A stretch of DNA of 64,000 nt from Lepidodermella squamata (lineage: Eukaryota; Animalia; Gastrotricha). Of this stretch, positions 31,601 through 47,038 are shown piece by piece; position 1 is the stretch's first letter; each line of letters opens with the position of its first letter. The notes under the pieces were generated by a model. It had not been told where the DNA came from and did not search any database. It saw only the letters and a program-made list of their open reading frames with translations. The DNA lies in NCBI GenBank assembly GCA_047495785.1, contig JBLDXI010000014.1, forward strand, positions 620,001-684,000, in the 5' to 3' direction. Both the position numbers and the translations under genes were made by a program.

Positions 31601-33001
31601 ATGGGAGTTCAATCAGTTGGTATCGTTCTCAAAGAAAAACCACTCTTCTACGCTGGTGAAATCGTCAACGGTGCTTGTGAAGTGGTAACTAGCGAAGAAG
31701 TGCCGCTTGCAAGTCTAACTGTAGCTCTGTTGGGATACACCCGGGTGCACTGGACAGAAACTCACTCACACAGCAGTGGCGAAACGACCGAAACCACGAC
31801 TGTAGTTTTCGAAGATTCAAAGGAGCTGCTTAGATTGACGCAAGAAGTGACCCTTCCTGGAGGTAAAATCTGCCAATTTTGGAAGTTGTTATTCGATAAC
31901 CTATCTATAAATGCCTTTGATATAGGAATTTTGGCGAAAGGCCATTCCTCGATTCCTTTTTCATTCCAGTTGCCGCTCAAGTAATACTAGCGCATTGAAT
32001 TTCACGAAAATTTATAATTTGTTGAAGTTTGATAACGTCATTTGAAGGCCCGCATGGCTACGTTCGTTATTGGATTGAAGTTTCACTTCCTCCCGCTGTT
32101 TTCTCCATTAAAATTGCCGGTATTCCTGTAAAGGTGCTGCAAATAATCGACACAAATATTCCTCAGTATCAGGTAAGAAATACTAAAAATTATTTGCAAC
32201 AAGTTACACTGCATGAAACTAGTTTTCTGTGGCTGGATCAGACACGAAAACGATATGCTGCGGCCTATGTGCACAAGGACCATTGTTAATCGAGGCTAAA
32301 ATGGACCACGCGGCTTATTGCCCAAGTATATCGATGAGCTCTTTGGAATGATTTTTCTATTCTCTCCTCTATTGTGTTCTAGATGATGAGCTCTTCTTGA
32401 CGGTTCAATTCACAAATAACGCGGGACGGGAGGTTACACCCTACGTCAAACTGGTCCAAGAATTACTCATGAGAGAACACGAAAGTAAGTTTGAAAGATC
32501 AAGTTTTAAACCTCTGTTCAGCTTTTAAAAATTGTTTCAGGTTGCGAGCACAGAGCGAAACGAGATTTCGCAATGCAACCAGCAGATCACAAATTAGCCG
32601 CTGATTTCTTCAAACCTTTGGCTAATAGCTCAGCTAGTTGGCAGGATGTCGCCTTCAAAGTACCCGAAGTTATTCCATCAATAAACTCGTCATTAGTGAA
32701 TGTCAACTATCACGTCGAAGTCGGATTCATAATTCCTCGAGCCTTTGATCTCAAAGTTTATTTACCAGTCGTGATCGGAACGATACCGCGCCGAGGGGTC
32801 GTGACTTCCCAGCCCGGGTCACATTCTCGAAACGCGCCGTGGACTGGCAAGGGTAGCCACAGCGTCAAGGGGCGACCTCCATCAGCCTCCACGTTCGAAA
32901 CGCTGCCTCCTCACTACAGCAGCGTTGCGCAAGAACCTATCATCGCGATGCCTCAGTGCTTTAAAAGTCTAGTAGCAGAAGCTGAGCCTATTCTGCAATA
33001 A
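31601..33001 (+). CDS. Alpha-arrestin (ARRDC/TXNIP-like), multi-exon
   Basis: FYAGEIVNG, VHWTE, IPFSFQLP, SFEGPHGYVRYWI, C-terminal LPVVIGTIP and PPxY (LPPHY). Confidence 0.88.
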
Positions 33002-33685
33002 ACACTGTGTTCTTGATGTTCCTTGACCTAGTTAAAATCCGAACACGTGATCATTTATACTGGTTAAAGAGGAATTTATTGTTCTCTTGGCTATACATGT
33101 ACCTAATTGTTGAATAATCTGTGCGATTTTTCTACTGGTGAATAAAATGGTCCACTATGAATTGAGAGCAAATGATTTAAGAGTAAAGATATAATTCAAG
33201 AGCGCAACTGGAATTTTTATTCAGTTGAATCGCTTTAATGATACGCATCACCAAATTCTCACCCCGGCACTGCGCAATATTATTTCGATAGCCATTCGTG
33301 GCGAGGATCATCACGTGAGTTTTGCGTTCGTCATTAGGTTTTGCACGTACCTAATTGCGAAGCTGCAAGCGCAGTCAAACCGCAGCCGAATAAACCCGAA
33401 AAATGAACTTGCACCGTGAAGTTTTTGCTAATTCTTGAATATCAAACAGGTGTTTGTAATTTTAATGGTTGTCGTAAATCGTAAATATCTGTTTGCCATT
33501 GATCGACCATTTTTAAACAAGCCTCCCATGGGGCCATATATACGCCTCCCAAGTCGTTGTTCTTTCAGGTATATATCCTTGCTCTTATATCTTTTTGCTC
33601 TTATTTCGCTTGCTATATGCACGCGCAATCAATATCGAAGCCATAATCGACTAATATCACGGTAGTGCAAGTCAAGACTTAAATC

Positions 33686-34894
33686 ATGAAAATGGCTAGC
33701 AGTAGCAATGAGATCAAAGTTGAGGCAGATCCTTACTTATGGCCAATCAACGGTGGATTGCAGCCTCGCGAAACTGCTCTTGTTGTCATCGATATGCAGC
33801 AAGACTTCTGTGGCAAAGGTGGCTACGTGGATATGATGGGCTATGATGTCGAAGCCTTGCGAAAACCGATTGAACCTATTCAAAAAATTCTTACAGCTGT
33901 GCGAGCTATACCAGAATTTTTGATAATTCACACGCGTGAAGGCCATCGAACTGATTTATCCGACTGCCCCGAAAATAAACTGCTGAGAAGTAAGGCGATT
34001 GGTGCTGGCATTGGCGACCGCGGTCCTGCGGGGCGAATTCTGGTGCGAGGCGAGCGAGGTTGGGACATAATTGATGAATTGCGACCCCTCGACAACGAAA
34101 TCATTGTGGACAAGCCGGGAAAGGGCGCATTCTACTCAACAGACTTGGAGCTCATTTTAAGAACCCGAGGAATAAAGAGCTTGATCATCTGCGGCGTTAC
34201 GACAGATGTCTGTGTTCACACGACTATGCGGGATGCAAATGATCGTGGGTTCGAATGCTTACTGCTCGAGGACTGCTGTGGCGCCACTGATTTTGGAAAT
34301 CACCTGGCTGCAGTAAAAATGGTGAAAATGTCAGGGTGAGTACGTAATGAAGTGTTTATTTGTTGAAGTATCTCACTTTGGTTGGAAAAGCTTGAAACCC
34401 AATGTTTTATTGTTTTCAGAGGGATTTTTGGGTCCGTTTCGAATTCAGGGTCCTTACTGAAAGCTTTACATCGGCTAAGCTCCTCGCCTGGGCTCATTCC
34501 GAACTCGAATACTAGCGCTGTGAAGCTAGCCGTCAACGGGACACTGATGCGTGGATTGGAACTGAATCAAAACCTTCTGAACGTCGGAGCTCGGTTTCTC
34601 TTCGAAGCTAAAACTGAGCCATGTTATCGGCTTTACTCCATCAATGACGTCCACCCTGCTGCAGTCAGAGTTAGTAACGGCGGGTCTGCAATGGCTGTCG
34701 AGGTGTGGGAGGTTCCATCTGAAGGCTTGGCTGTTATCTTGCTGAAAGAGCCACCAGGCCTCAGTATCGGGAAAATGAAGCTGGCTGACGGAACTGAAGT
34801 CCTTGGTGTACTTGGCGAGCCTGTTCTGTGCGAAAACATGCTTGAGATAACCAAGTTCGAAGGTTGGCGCAATTACATCGCCTCGAAAAAGTAA
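33686..34894 (+). CDS. biuH: Biuret hydrolase (BiuH-type isochorismatase/cysteine hydrolase) fused to an allophanate-hydrolase C-terminal (GGCT-like) domain; intron 34336-34419
   Basis: [78 protein letters not shown]; the spliced frame continues into [14 protein letters not shown]...[11 protein letters not shown]...VEVWEVP...EPPGLSIGK...GWRNY. Confidence 0.9.
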
Positions 34895-35199
34895 CAGCAG
34901 AAACTAAATCGACATCATAGGAACTTTTGCCCCATGCGCCCCATGATCGATGTGTTTGAAATATAACTGAAAAACTGAAAAACCTTGACATACCACGTTG
35001 CGTAGTAGCCATCAGCATCATGCCTCTCAGTGCTTTATAAGTCTATTTTGTAATAAGCATTGTCAAACAAACTGATATATTATTGCGTTTTTCTGCGAAA
35101 TGTAAAAGTGTATATTTCAGCTTCAAAAGTACGTTTCAAGCGATGAAGTTCCCTCATCCATTCGAAAATGGAAACGTAGTCGCGTTAAAACGCCATACA

Positions 35200-36518
35200 T
35201 TACGCACCATATAAAACGAGAAGTTCAACTAGTTCGTCGAAGCCCATAGCTCTTGCGATCATAACAGGCGTTGAATTTTCGTTGATTTTCAGCTTGGGGT
35301 AAGCGCGTTTCGTTTTGACGTTGACATCAGCTCCATAGTCGAGAAGAATTTTCGCTATTTCCATCCTGTTGTGACAACATGCGATCGCCAGCGGGGAGAA
35401 GCCGTCTGTATCAACGCTGTTCACGGCTGCCCCAAGGCGTATCACCCGACGTGTCAGATCAGCATCGCCTGATGCAGCGCACTTCATTAACGGCGTGGAA
35501 TTATCCGAGGGATCTCGCTGATTCACGTCGGCCCCGTTATCCAGCAAGATGCGAATAATTTCGGGGTAATTTATACTCTTCCTCCTCAGAGCATTCCCTG
35601 CTGGTTTCCCAAGCTCCAAGCTTCCTCCTCCTTTCTCGCTAAGGATAGGAAGAGGAAGGTTACGAAATGCTGCCATGAGTCTGAAATGATCATCAACATC
35701 AATAATCAAGATGATGGATTTTCAAAGAGAGATTCGTAAGCAAAAAGCAAAAATTATTTCACTTACGGGGATAGTCCACGGCTATCGTGAATATCTACCG
35801 GTGCCCCAGCTGCAATCAGGAGGTTGACGACATCTGTGAACCCTCGCTGAGCTGCTCGAAGTAACAAGGTTGTTCCGTCGGACATTTTGAAGTTAACTTC
35901 AGCGTCGTAATCAATCAGAAGTCGCGTTATGGAAACAAAGCCGAAATTGACGGCCGAAAATATAGCTGGAGACCCGTCAACATCGGCCATGTTAACATCC
36001 GCGCCTCGCATAAGCAGCAGTTTACACATTTCAAGATGGCCATTCGAGACGGCGTAGAATAACGCGGACCAGCCGCAGCGATTCTCCGCGTTCAAGTCAG
36101 CGCCTCGATCTAGCAATAATGCGACGGTAACAGTGTGACCAGCCGCCGCTGATCTCATCAAAGCAGTCCATTTATCAGCATCCCGCTGGTTAACATCAGC
36201 GCCGCTGTCGATGAGTTGACTCACGATCTCGCTGTGCCCGTTTTCAGCTGCTTTTATCAGGGGTGTGTAACCGTCGTATGAGGGCGAATTAACGCAGGCG
36301 TGGTTCTGAAGCAGTAGTTTAACCATCTCACTATCGCCGTTGTTCGATGCCCACATTAAGCTAGACCAGCCGTCACAATCGCAATAGTTGACGTCGGCAT
36401 TTTGGGAGAGATAATGTTGGACCTTTCGCGTGTCACTCAATTTCACCGCTGTTATCAAACCCACATTCAAAGGATCCGGCTCGATTTCCTCTGCCGATGT
36501 GGAATTGTACTCCGCCAT
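35200..36518 (-). CDS. Ankyrin-repeat protein (2 exons)
   Basis: ~10 consecutive G.TPL..AA..GH.EIV.LL...GADVN repeats. Confidence 0.9.
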
Positions 36519-38016
36519 TGTATTCAGATTTTTCACGTTTATGGAAAGCGGAAAAATGAATCAAAAATTGTCTTGAAGCTACACCGCAGTCATACAAGCA
36601 TATGTTTTTCACCGACAGGATTGAGTAATTTCGTAGTTTTTATTCTTATTCATTGAGAGAATTACCCATGTTTCATCTTGAATCGTCAACGTATTTTGCT
36701 GTTATAACAATTTGAGCACGTTAAAAGCGCTCTTGTTTCCCGCGACACAGGACAGGGATCGTTTGGTCACGCCTATATGAATAATAATAATGAATAGTAA
36801 TTTTGAGCCACGGCTTTTGTGTAACAAGCTGAAGTCAGCTTAAGAAAAAACAAAGCTGAAAGTTATATAATAGGGTGCGAACGACATGTCGTATAATCTT
36901 TGTTACAGGACTTGCGACGGTAAAGTACAACGGTTATATAAACTTGGCGTGTTCCTCAGCTTTCATTTCTCGGCGGAACTTTTTGAAAGCTACGTCATTA
37001 ACGAGCATCAAATTAGCTTCAGGATTATTTCCACCTTCTACAACTGAAGCTGAGGCCTAAAAACCAGTTTAAAATTTGTTTAAATCAATATGAAAGAATT
37101 ATCCAAAATACTATTAGGATCTCGGCATTTTTACGCTTTTCGATACGACGACTCCATTTTCTTTTTGCTATTTTGCTTTTTGGGTTGTGCACTTGTTTAC
37201 GTGATACGATGTACGATAATGGAGCTCATTTACCTCATTTTTATATATAACTGTGCAAGTGGCGCATTGCAAGATTGATAACCATTGGTATACAGGTATA
37301 AATTCCGCGATGATTGACTGCATAATTCACCGCCTACCTCATCTCGGTTCGCATCTGTTAACAATGCGAAAAACTCATTCCTAAAATAACCCACTTTTAT
37401 ATACAGCACAATGAGGTTTCGGTACTTGAACATATAATGTAAATGGCGATGATTACGATAAAGAAATACTACGACCACCTACTATCCTATGGCAAAGTGA
37501 TTGTGTTTGGAGCTTTCATTTTATATGGCGTGATATAGGCTGACCGGCGATATACGTATATAAAATAATGGAATATGCGTATATTTAGCGTTATTTATAA
37601 ATGGCGGAAAGAAATAACGCACCGCCTTGCGCCGGGTGTCGGTACATCATGCGGCTGGCTATTTTGGCTTTTCGCCTTCTGCGCGCTCTCTCAGAGAGCA
37701 AACGAATTTTTTAGACATTTTTCCTGCGTTTGCTCTTAGCAAGCATTGAAGGTATAGAAGTATACATAAGCGTGCATCGTTTTTTATGATATACAATAAT
37801 ATACATACGATTATTTTACATATTATATTATTCAACTCATAGTTTCAATGTGCCATATTATATAAAACAAATACGGCATACAGCATAAGTGTCGCAGTGA
37901 AAGTTGCCAAAAAAACTCGACCAAAACTTGGAGTTGGGCCCATTTTTTCTGTGTCCCAAATTACACTCTTTCTGGAAAATTTGTAGACATTTTTACCTCA
38001 ATCTTTGCGATGTGAC

Positions 38017-39364
38017 ATGGTCCTACAATCGCTTAGCATTTGCATCGGCGAGGAGAAATGTTTCTACCCTGGCGAGTTAGTGGCTGGCCATTGCCAACTA
38101 ATTGTCGACAGCGAAGAGCCAATGGAACTGACGAGCGTGATTGTCAAAATTCACGGCGTTGCCAAGGTTTCATGGTCGGAAACCTTCACTACGACAGATA
38201 GCAGCGGGACCCATGGCCAGGTTCACACAGTTTGGTACATAGATAGTCTGACACTCCTTTCAAAGAAACAAGAGATTCACATTCAAAATGGTAAGTGGGC
38301 TCACTCGTTTCTCATTTTTCATTTTTAAATAGATTGAAATTTTAGGGCGCCTGGAACCAGGGAAGCACAACCTTCCATTCGCATTTCACCTGAAACCAAA
38401 GTTGGCGAAATTTCATTTTTACAAATTCTGAAGCTAATTTGCTGTTTTTCCTAGTATTTCGCCATCATTCGATGGGACTTACGGCAACATAAGATATTGG
38501 TTGGAGGTGATAACGAAACCCAGCAGTCTAAATACAAAGATTACCATGCCTTTCAAAGTTCTCCAACCTATTGACCTCACAATGCCCGCGCATTCGGTAA
38601 ATTAAATCGGCGATATTCTCATAATATTGTTTTCAATCTTCGATTACTTGCATTCTACAGCTCCCTGTGAATGGTGCAGAATCCCGCTCTTTGTGTTGCT
38701 GCTTCCACAACGAAGGAGTTCTTTCAATAAAAGCTCGAACTGATCGCACGGCATATTGCTCAGGTATGTTTTTGACCATCTATGTCGGTTCGATATCGAT
38801 CCTTTCTTTTGCTTTTTAGGCGATTTTATTACGCTGTCTGGTACGTTTGACAACGGCTCGAAGCGGAAGGCTAAAATTTCCGCCAAGTTGGTTCAAAAGC
38901 AAACAATAATTACGCGAGGTGGTCGGAGTAAAGTCCACACAACAAGTTGGCCATTGAACCCTGTTGACACCGATCAGCCATCGTCTTATAACCCGGTTGT
39001 TAGCAAACGAAGCGCGATGTCCTGGGAAAATGAACGCTTTATCCTGCCAGATGTCCCGGTGTCATCGAGCTGCTCGGTTATCACCGTTAGTTACCACATA
39101 GAGATTGGTTTGACAGTTCAAAACATGGCGATGATGTTCGTAAAACTGCCGATAATTGTCGGAATTTTGCCGACGCGGAAGTATCGCCTATCGTTATCTC
39201 CGTCTTCATCGCAGCAGAGTGCGGTTGATTCTTCAATGCTATCGACAATAGTTGCGCGTCAACACTCGATTTCTTCGTCATCAACTACTTCATTTTTCTC
39301 GGATTTACCTCCGAGTTACCACGAAACTATGTCTGCTTTATCAGCGCTTGCATCGCCCGCGTGA
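38017..39364 (+). CDS. Alpha-arrestin (ARRDC-like), paralog of the 31601-33001 gene
   Basis: FYPGELVAG, VSWSE, LPFAFHL, SFDGTYGNIRYWL, LPIIVGILP, LPPSY (PPxY); similar exon layout to the first arrestin. Confidence 0.88.
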
Positions 39365-39490
39365 GTCTCCGAATACCCGTTAATTTTATACGAAACGACC
39401 AATTATTCACTTTTCAAACACGCTTTTATATTGTTTTTGCGCCAAAAATAAATCAGTTTTGATTCGATAGAGTATTATAAAACTGGATTT

Positions 39491-40494
39491 TTATGAAAAA
39501 GCTACGGTGCAATCGAAAAATGATGCTATGAAGGCTCTTAGAAGTGACATAATCACGCCAGTTTGACTCGTGCCTCTTTTGGCTGTTACAAGCTCGCCCG
39601 TGGAAATAGAGATAGCTGGAGATGAGTCTGAGGTTTTTTGGTGTTGCATCAAAGTTGGCATAATTTCGTAATGTCCCCGTTCAGCCGCAACCATTAACGC
39701 ATTCCGGCCTTCGCCAATATCGTCAGCAGCTTTCATCGTCTTGTAAGTTGCGTCCGCACCGTAAGACAACAGCAGTTGAACCATTTCTAGGATGCATAAG
39801 AGATGAGGCTGGGAATAAAAATTAAAGTTATGTTGTTTTCACCTTTTTGACCGTTGTAAGCTGCTTCGATGAGAGGTGTCAGGTTATCGGAAGCATTCAC
39901 GTGGTTGACCATGGCACCGGCATCAAGCAATAGCTTAGCAACATCACAATGGCCGTTCGAAGCAGCAAAAATCAGAGGAACCGCTCCCCATTTGTCTCGC
40001 TGATTAACTAAAGCGCCGCTTCTTAGTAACATCCTAACAATCTCAGTATGGCCACCAGCACTTGCGTAAAACAGAGCTGACCAGCCGTCGTTATTTCTCA
40101 CGGCAATTAAATTAGGATAATTGTTGAGGACGACGCCCGTGGAATGTTGAACGAAAACTCGAACTACTTCGTGATATCCATTTTCAGACGCTGCGTGAAG
40201 GGCCGTGCATCCGTCGACATCAGTCGTACAAAAATCAGCCCCTCTGCCTAACAGCAATAAAACCGTGTCCAACTGGCCAAATCTTGCGGCTTCTATTAAG
40301 GCAGTAGTTCTTGTATACGCCGCTTGTTCATTGACGTTACTGCCTTGGTCAATTAGGCTTTGAACTAGCGTTAAATTTCCGATTTTCGCCGCGGCAATGA
40401 GTGGCGTCGAGCCAAAGGTCAAATCGTCGTCGACTCCTGAATCTGCGTCATTGCTTTGCACGACTACGTGATAGTGACCGACATCTCGGCGCAT
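39491..40494 (-). CDS. Ankyrin-repeat protein (2 exons)
   Basis: ~7 ankyrin repeats (TPLIAAA, TALIEAARFG, TALHAASENG, SALFYASAGGH, ...). Confidence 0.88.
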
Positions 40495-40897
40495 GTTATC
40501 AATGTACTAGAAAAATTGAAGTTTATAAATTTCCGAAATTTCTCTAGAAAAAAATCGCAGACCTGATGATTAAACTTCCGCTTTCCACATTTTTTACAGC
40601 GCGCATGCCACAGCATGGCGTGACTTATTGGAAGAAACAATCAATTCAAATCATCTAAAAAATAATTGAGAAGCGGAAATAGGAAAAAGCTTTGCGTATA
40701 TTGCCCCAAAAAAATCGATTGGACGAGACAAAAGTAAACGTGAAAAAAACACGGGAAGCATATATCTTTTAAAGAACAAATGATTTTAAAGAACGCTGCT
40801 AAAAAATATATTCAATAGTTGATGTAAATGAACAAGGGAAAACTGAGATTGCACGGAAAACTTGACTAGTGGCAATGAAAAATTGGAATAATCATGT

Positions 40898-42115
40898 TTA
40901 ATCTTGACTGTCCACGTCATCTTTCGTCGCGATTGAGTACGCCGTATCGCCATCCTCGCTTACTGCCTCAAAATCAGCGCCGGCTTCAATGAGGATCTTG
41001 GCCTGATCGATCAGCGCCCGTTTCGCTGCGATCATCAACACAGTATAACCAGCTCCATAACCAAAAGCTCGCGTCGTAGACTTTGAATTAATCTGTGCTC
41101 CAGCACTGATTAAGGTTTTCATTGATTCCATAGAACCGCTGTTTGCAAGTAGGTAGAACAAAGCTGTCCAGCCGTAGTCGTCTACAGCTTCGATATCAGC
41201 GGCGCCTTCGATGAGGTATTGAATAGTAATTGGACCAGCAGTCGCCGCTGCCCAATGCAACGCCGTCCTACCCAAATTATCACGCATCGTGACATCAGCA
41301 CCTCGCTCCAGTAGCATTTTCACAACCTCGCTGTGGTCATTGCCCGATGCCCAAAACAGCGCTGTTTCGCCAAGTTGATTAGCAGCGTTAATATCGGCAC
41401 CAAATTCGAATAAAAATCGTGAAATTTCAAGATGGCCGCGTCGGCACGCTTTCATCAGCGGCGTCCAGCCGGCAAGGTCACGTTGGTTAACATCGGCGCC
41501 CAATTTAGTCAAAACCTGAAGGGCGTCAAAATTACCGATGCGGGCGCATCGACCCGAGGCAGATTCCCCGTTGCAATCTGTTGCCTCAATATTAGCGCCT
41601 GATTTAACCAGATATGTTGCTACTTCGCCGCTGCCACCGTTTACGCTCCAGTGAAGAGGGGTTGCGCGATTGACGTCGACAGCTTGAATATCTGCTCCTT
41701 TTCGCGCCAGTATTTCAACAATTTCAAGTTGGGAATTCCAGCCGGCTTGCATTAATGCCGTCATGCCAAATTTATTCCGGGAATCGATTTTAGCTCCGAT
41801 TTCTGATTGACGACAAGCAAAAATTGTTATGCAATTAGTTTATGAAAAAAATGATATGGCTAATTTATTACCTAGAAGAAATAGTACCATATCCTCGTGT
41901 CCTCGCCCGGCAGCCAAAATGAGAGGAGTCTGCTCAGTGCTGCTGTCGCAGGTGCATATTGCGTTGACATCGGCGCCTTTGGCAATAATCAGCCTGGCAG
42001 CGTCTAAATGGCCACTCCAAACCGCCTGGGCCAAGTAGCGTGACAATTCGTCGATGGGTGCAACGAAAACGTCATCGCCATCATCGTCATCGCATAGCAA
42101 CTGGTCATCGTCCAT
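40898..42115 (-). CDS. Ankyrin-repeat protein (2 exons)
   Basis: ~10 ankyrin repeats (TPLILAAGRGH, TPLHWSV, TPLMKACRRGH, TALHWAA, ...). Confidence 0.88.
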
Positions 42116-42956
42116 TTAGCAATTCTTCAAGTGCTTCTTGTTTTCACAGGCATTTCTCTGCGTCCTTGAAACTGTGTGCTAATAATATTTATAGCAAAAT
42201 TTGTGTTTTGATTTGAGTTATATTACCTTTTCACATGCAGGTAAACATGAAGTAGTGATAATTTGCGATATTTTGGCTATTGAGCCGGAGACGAGCTTCT
42301 ATTTATCAGAGCGCGGCGGAAATATAACTATCGATGTTGTTTTTGCTGATTTATTTCGGCAAATTGCTGACAACACACAGATTCTGCGCGTCTTTCATGT
42401 GATATATAAGGATTCCTGAATAAAAATACTACAGTCGTAAATCAGGCAGAGTTCTTTGAATTAAAACCGCAGTAGTAATGGAATTCAAGCACTAGCGCGA
42501 TCGACGTCAGTAATTTATTACTAGTAACAAAAGTAAAGTACTGGCGTACTTTTTACGCTCGTTATGCTGTTAGGCGCGCTCGATCGATTTGTTTTTATTT
42601 TTACGCGCCAGCTCTCGAGGTGCCACGAGGCACACAGGTGGGTGATGTGTCTTTTTTTACCCAGCATCATAGCTTGCAAAATTTGACAATACCATCTCCG
42701 TTATATTGTCACTATATTCGCAGCTGGCGTAATCGGCTAAGCGCCTGTAGGCCTTTTGTGGATGTGCACTAAAAAAGCGGCCCCATCGCCTATTCTTTCA
42801 TATCCGGCGAAATAATGCAATACTATAATAAAAAATTTAATTTAATATGAAAATAGTCTAAATCGATTTTATTAGAATATCTTTAATGTCATTTTCGTGT
42901 GTTCGAGTCAGTTGGAGACTGACCGAATTACATAAGTAAAAATAGGATCAAAAATA

Positions 42957-43487
42957 TCATCTGTGTTCTAGCTCGTTCATTAGCTTCGATCTCACTTCCA
43001 TGAGAATTTTACCGAGCCGATTTTGGCCGCGCCATTCAGTTTGATCGGTCGCCCGGGGATCTGTCGTGCCAAGGCCGATACCCCAAATCAAGTCATTCGG
43101 CGCCGCTTCCACCAAATAATATTTGCTTGTTTTCAGCAGCTTCACTTTTAAATCCTCATTTTGACGAAATTTAGCTTCGACTGCTGCCGTCATCGCTTCG
43201 TAGCTGGCATCGTTCCACACCGCTACATCGAAGTTCCGAACTTTCCCACCGTAAGCCTTTTGTTTACCAGGCTCCTTTGTGGCTAAAATGTTGGCCATCA
43301 TTTCTTGGTCATTGAATATTTCTGCTTTCCGATATTGAAAGTAATGCTCGCCGCAGTTGAATTTCAAACCATTGATTTCGTAATTTGAAGGATGAAAATT
43401 GCTCATGAAGCTTTTTGTGCTGTAAAATAGCATGCACTCAAAGCTTTCACCGTTCGCTCGTCGACAATTGATGATATTTTCAGGCAT
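42957..43487 (-). CDS. NADAR-family (YbiA/COG3236) hydrolase, single coding exon
   Basis: FMSNFHPS, EHYFQYRKAEIFND, KAYGGKVRNFD..W, KFRQN, LVEAAPNDLIWGIG, WRGQNRLGKILMEVR. Confidence 0.9.
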   Translation of the reverse strand: MPENIINCRRANGESFECMLFYSTKSFMSNFHPSNYEINGLKFNCGEHYFQYRKAEIFNDQEMMANILATKEPGKQKAYGGKVRNFDVAVWNDASYEAMTAAVEAKFRQNEDLKVKLLKTSKYYLVEAAPNDLIWGIGLGTTDPRATDQTEWRGQNRLGKILMEVRSKLMNELEHR

Positions 43488-44216
43488 TCTCTAAATGATA
43501 ATAAGAAACAATATTACCTAATGGCAAGTTCTAATCAGTTTTGAGATTATATACTTGAGCATTTGGTATTGCATCAAGTATGATTCATCGCTTTATGAAT
43601 CACACCGCAACCAGCTGAGTCAGTGATTCGTGTCTCAAATAAAGGTTCAAAATAATAGGGTCAAGCTACTTTTACATAGTTTTTCGCGATCATGCAGAGG
43701 GGTGAGATTTTTTTCATTCGACACGCGGTGACTTCTTTTACCCGAAAAATCGACTACCCGGAGAATTACCCGGCATGAGTTGTTTCTCAGAACAAAGTGC
43801 GTTTCAAGCGCAGGAGATAAAAAATTAGTTGTGAAGTCAGGTTTCGTTCCATTCCACAGCATTATTCAGATCCCCAGTGGGCTCTTTTAGAGGTCGGAGA
43901 GGTAGCTCAGCAATGCGCACGGAAAAAAATAGAACTGTCGGGGAAAAATTGAGACAGTTACCTAGCTATCTAAGAAAAAGTACTGCAAGGCTACGTACAA
44001 ATATCCATTTTAGCGCACACACCAAATACGAACCACTCCGAAAATAATACTCCTAGATTTTAGAGTAAACATCTTTTTTAATAAAAATTAGCAATAATTT
44101 ATTTCTAATTCAGCCACAGTCATTTACAATCGTTAGAATATTTTTGAGTATAAAACCCATTACAATGACGTTCAAAACGTACACTATAGCTAAAACTTTG
44201 GTGACAGTTTCCGGGT

Positions 44217-46877
<2,661 letters not shown>

Positions 46878-47025
46878 ATTTTTTGACAGTGTACAACGGT
46901 GAAACCTATTTGTACCTTCTATAAGATAGGCTAGGAAAGATAGGCGGCTTGACAGTGGCTTCACAAGGCTCGATTTTATGCAGTTGGGGTGTCGTTCTTG
47001 CCCGCCGGCCACCAACTGCACAGCT

Positions 47026-47038
47026 GTCGCTAAGCAAC
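47026..47038. promoter_or_regulatory. Putative RFX X-box ~150 bp upstream of ANKRD42 in the divergent ANKRD42/CFAP300 intergenic region
   Basis: GTCGCTAAGCAAC (reverse complement GTTGCTTAGCGAC) fits the GTNRCY-N0-3-RGYAAC consensus and lies between two cilia-associated genes. Confidence 0.5.

Noticed and set aside
33686-34894. Bacterial contamination
   Set aside because: A canonical spliceosomal intron is required for the frame, and the gene is contiguous with intron-rich host genes
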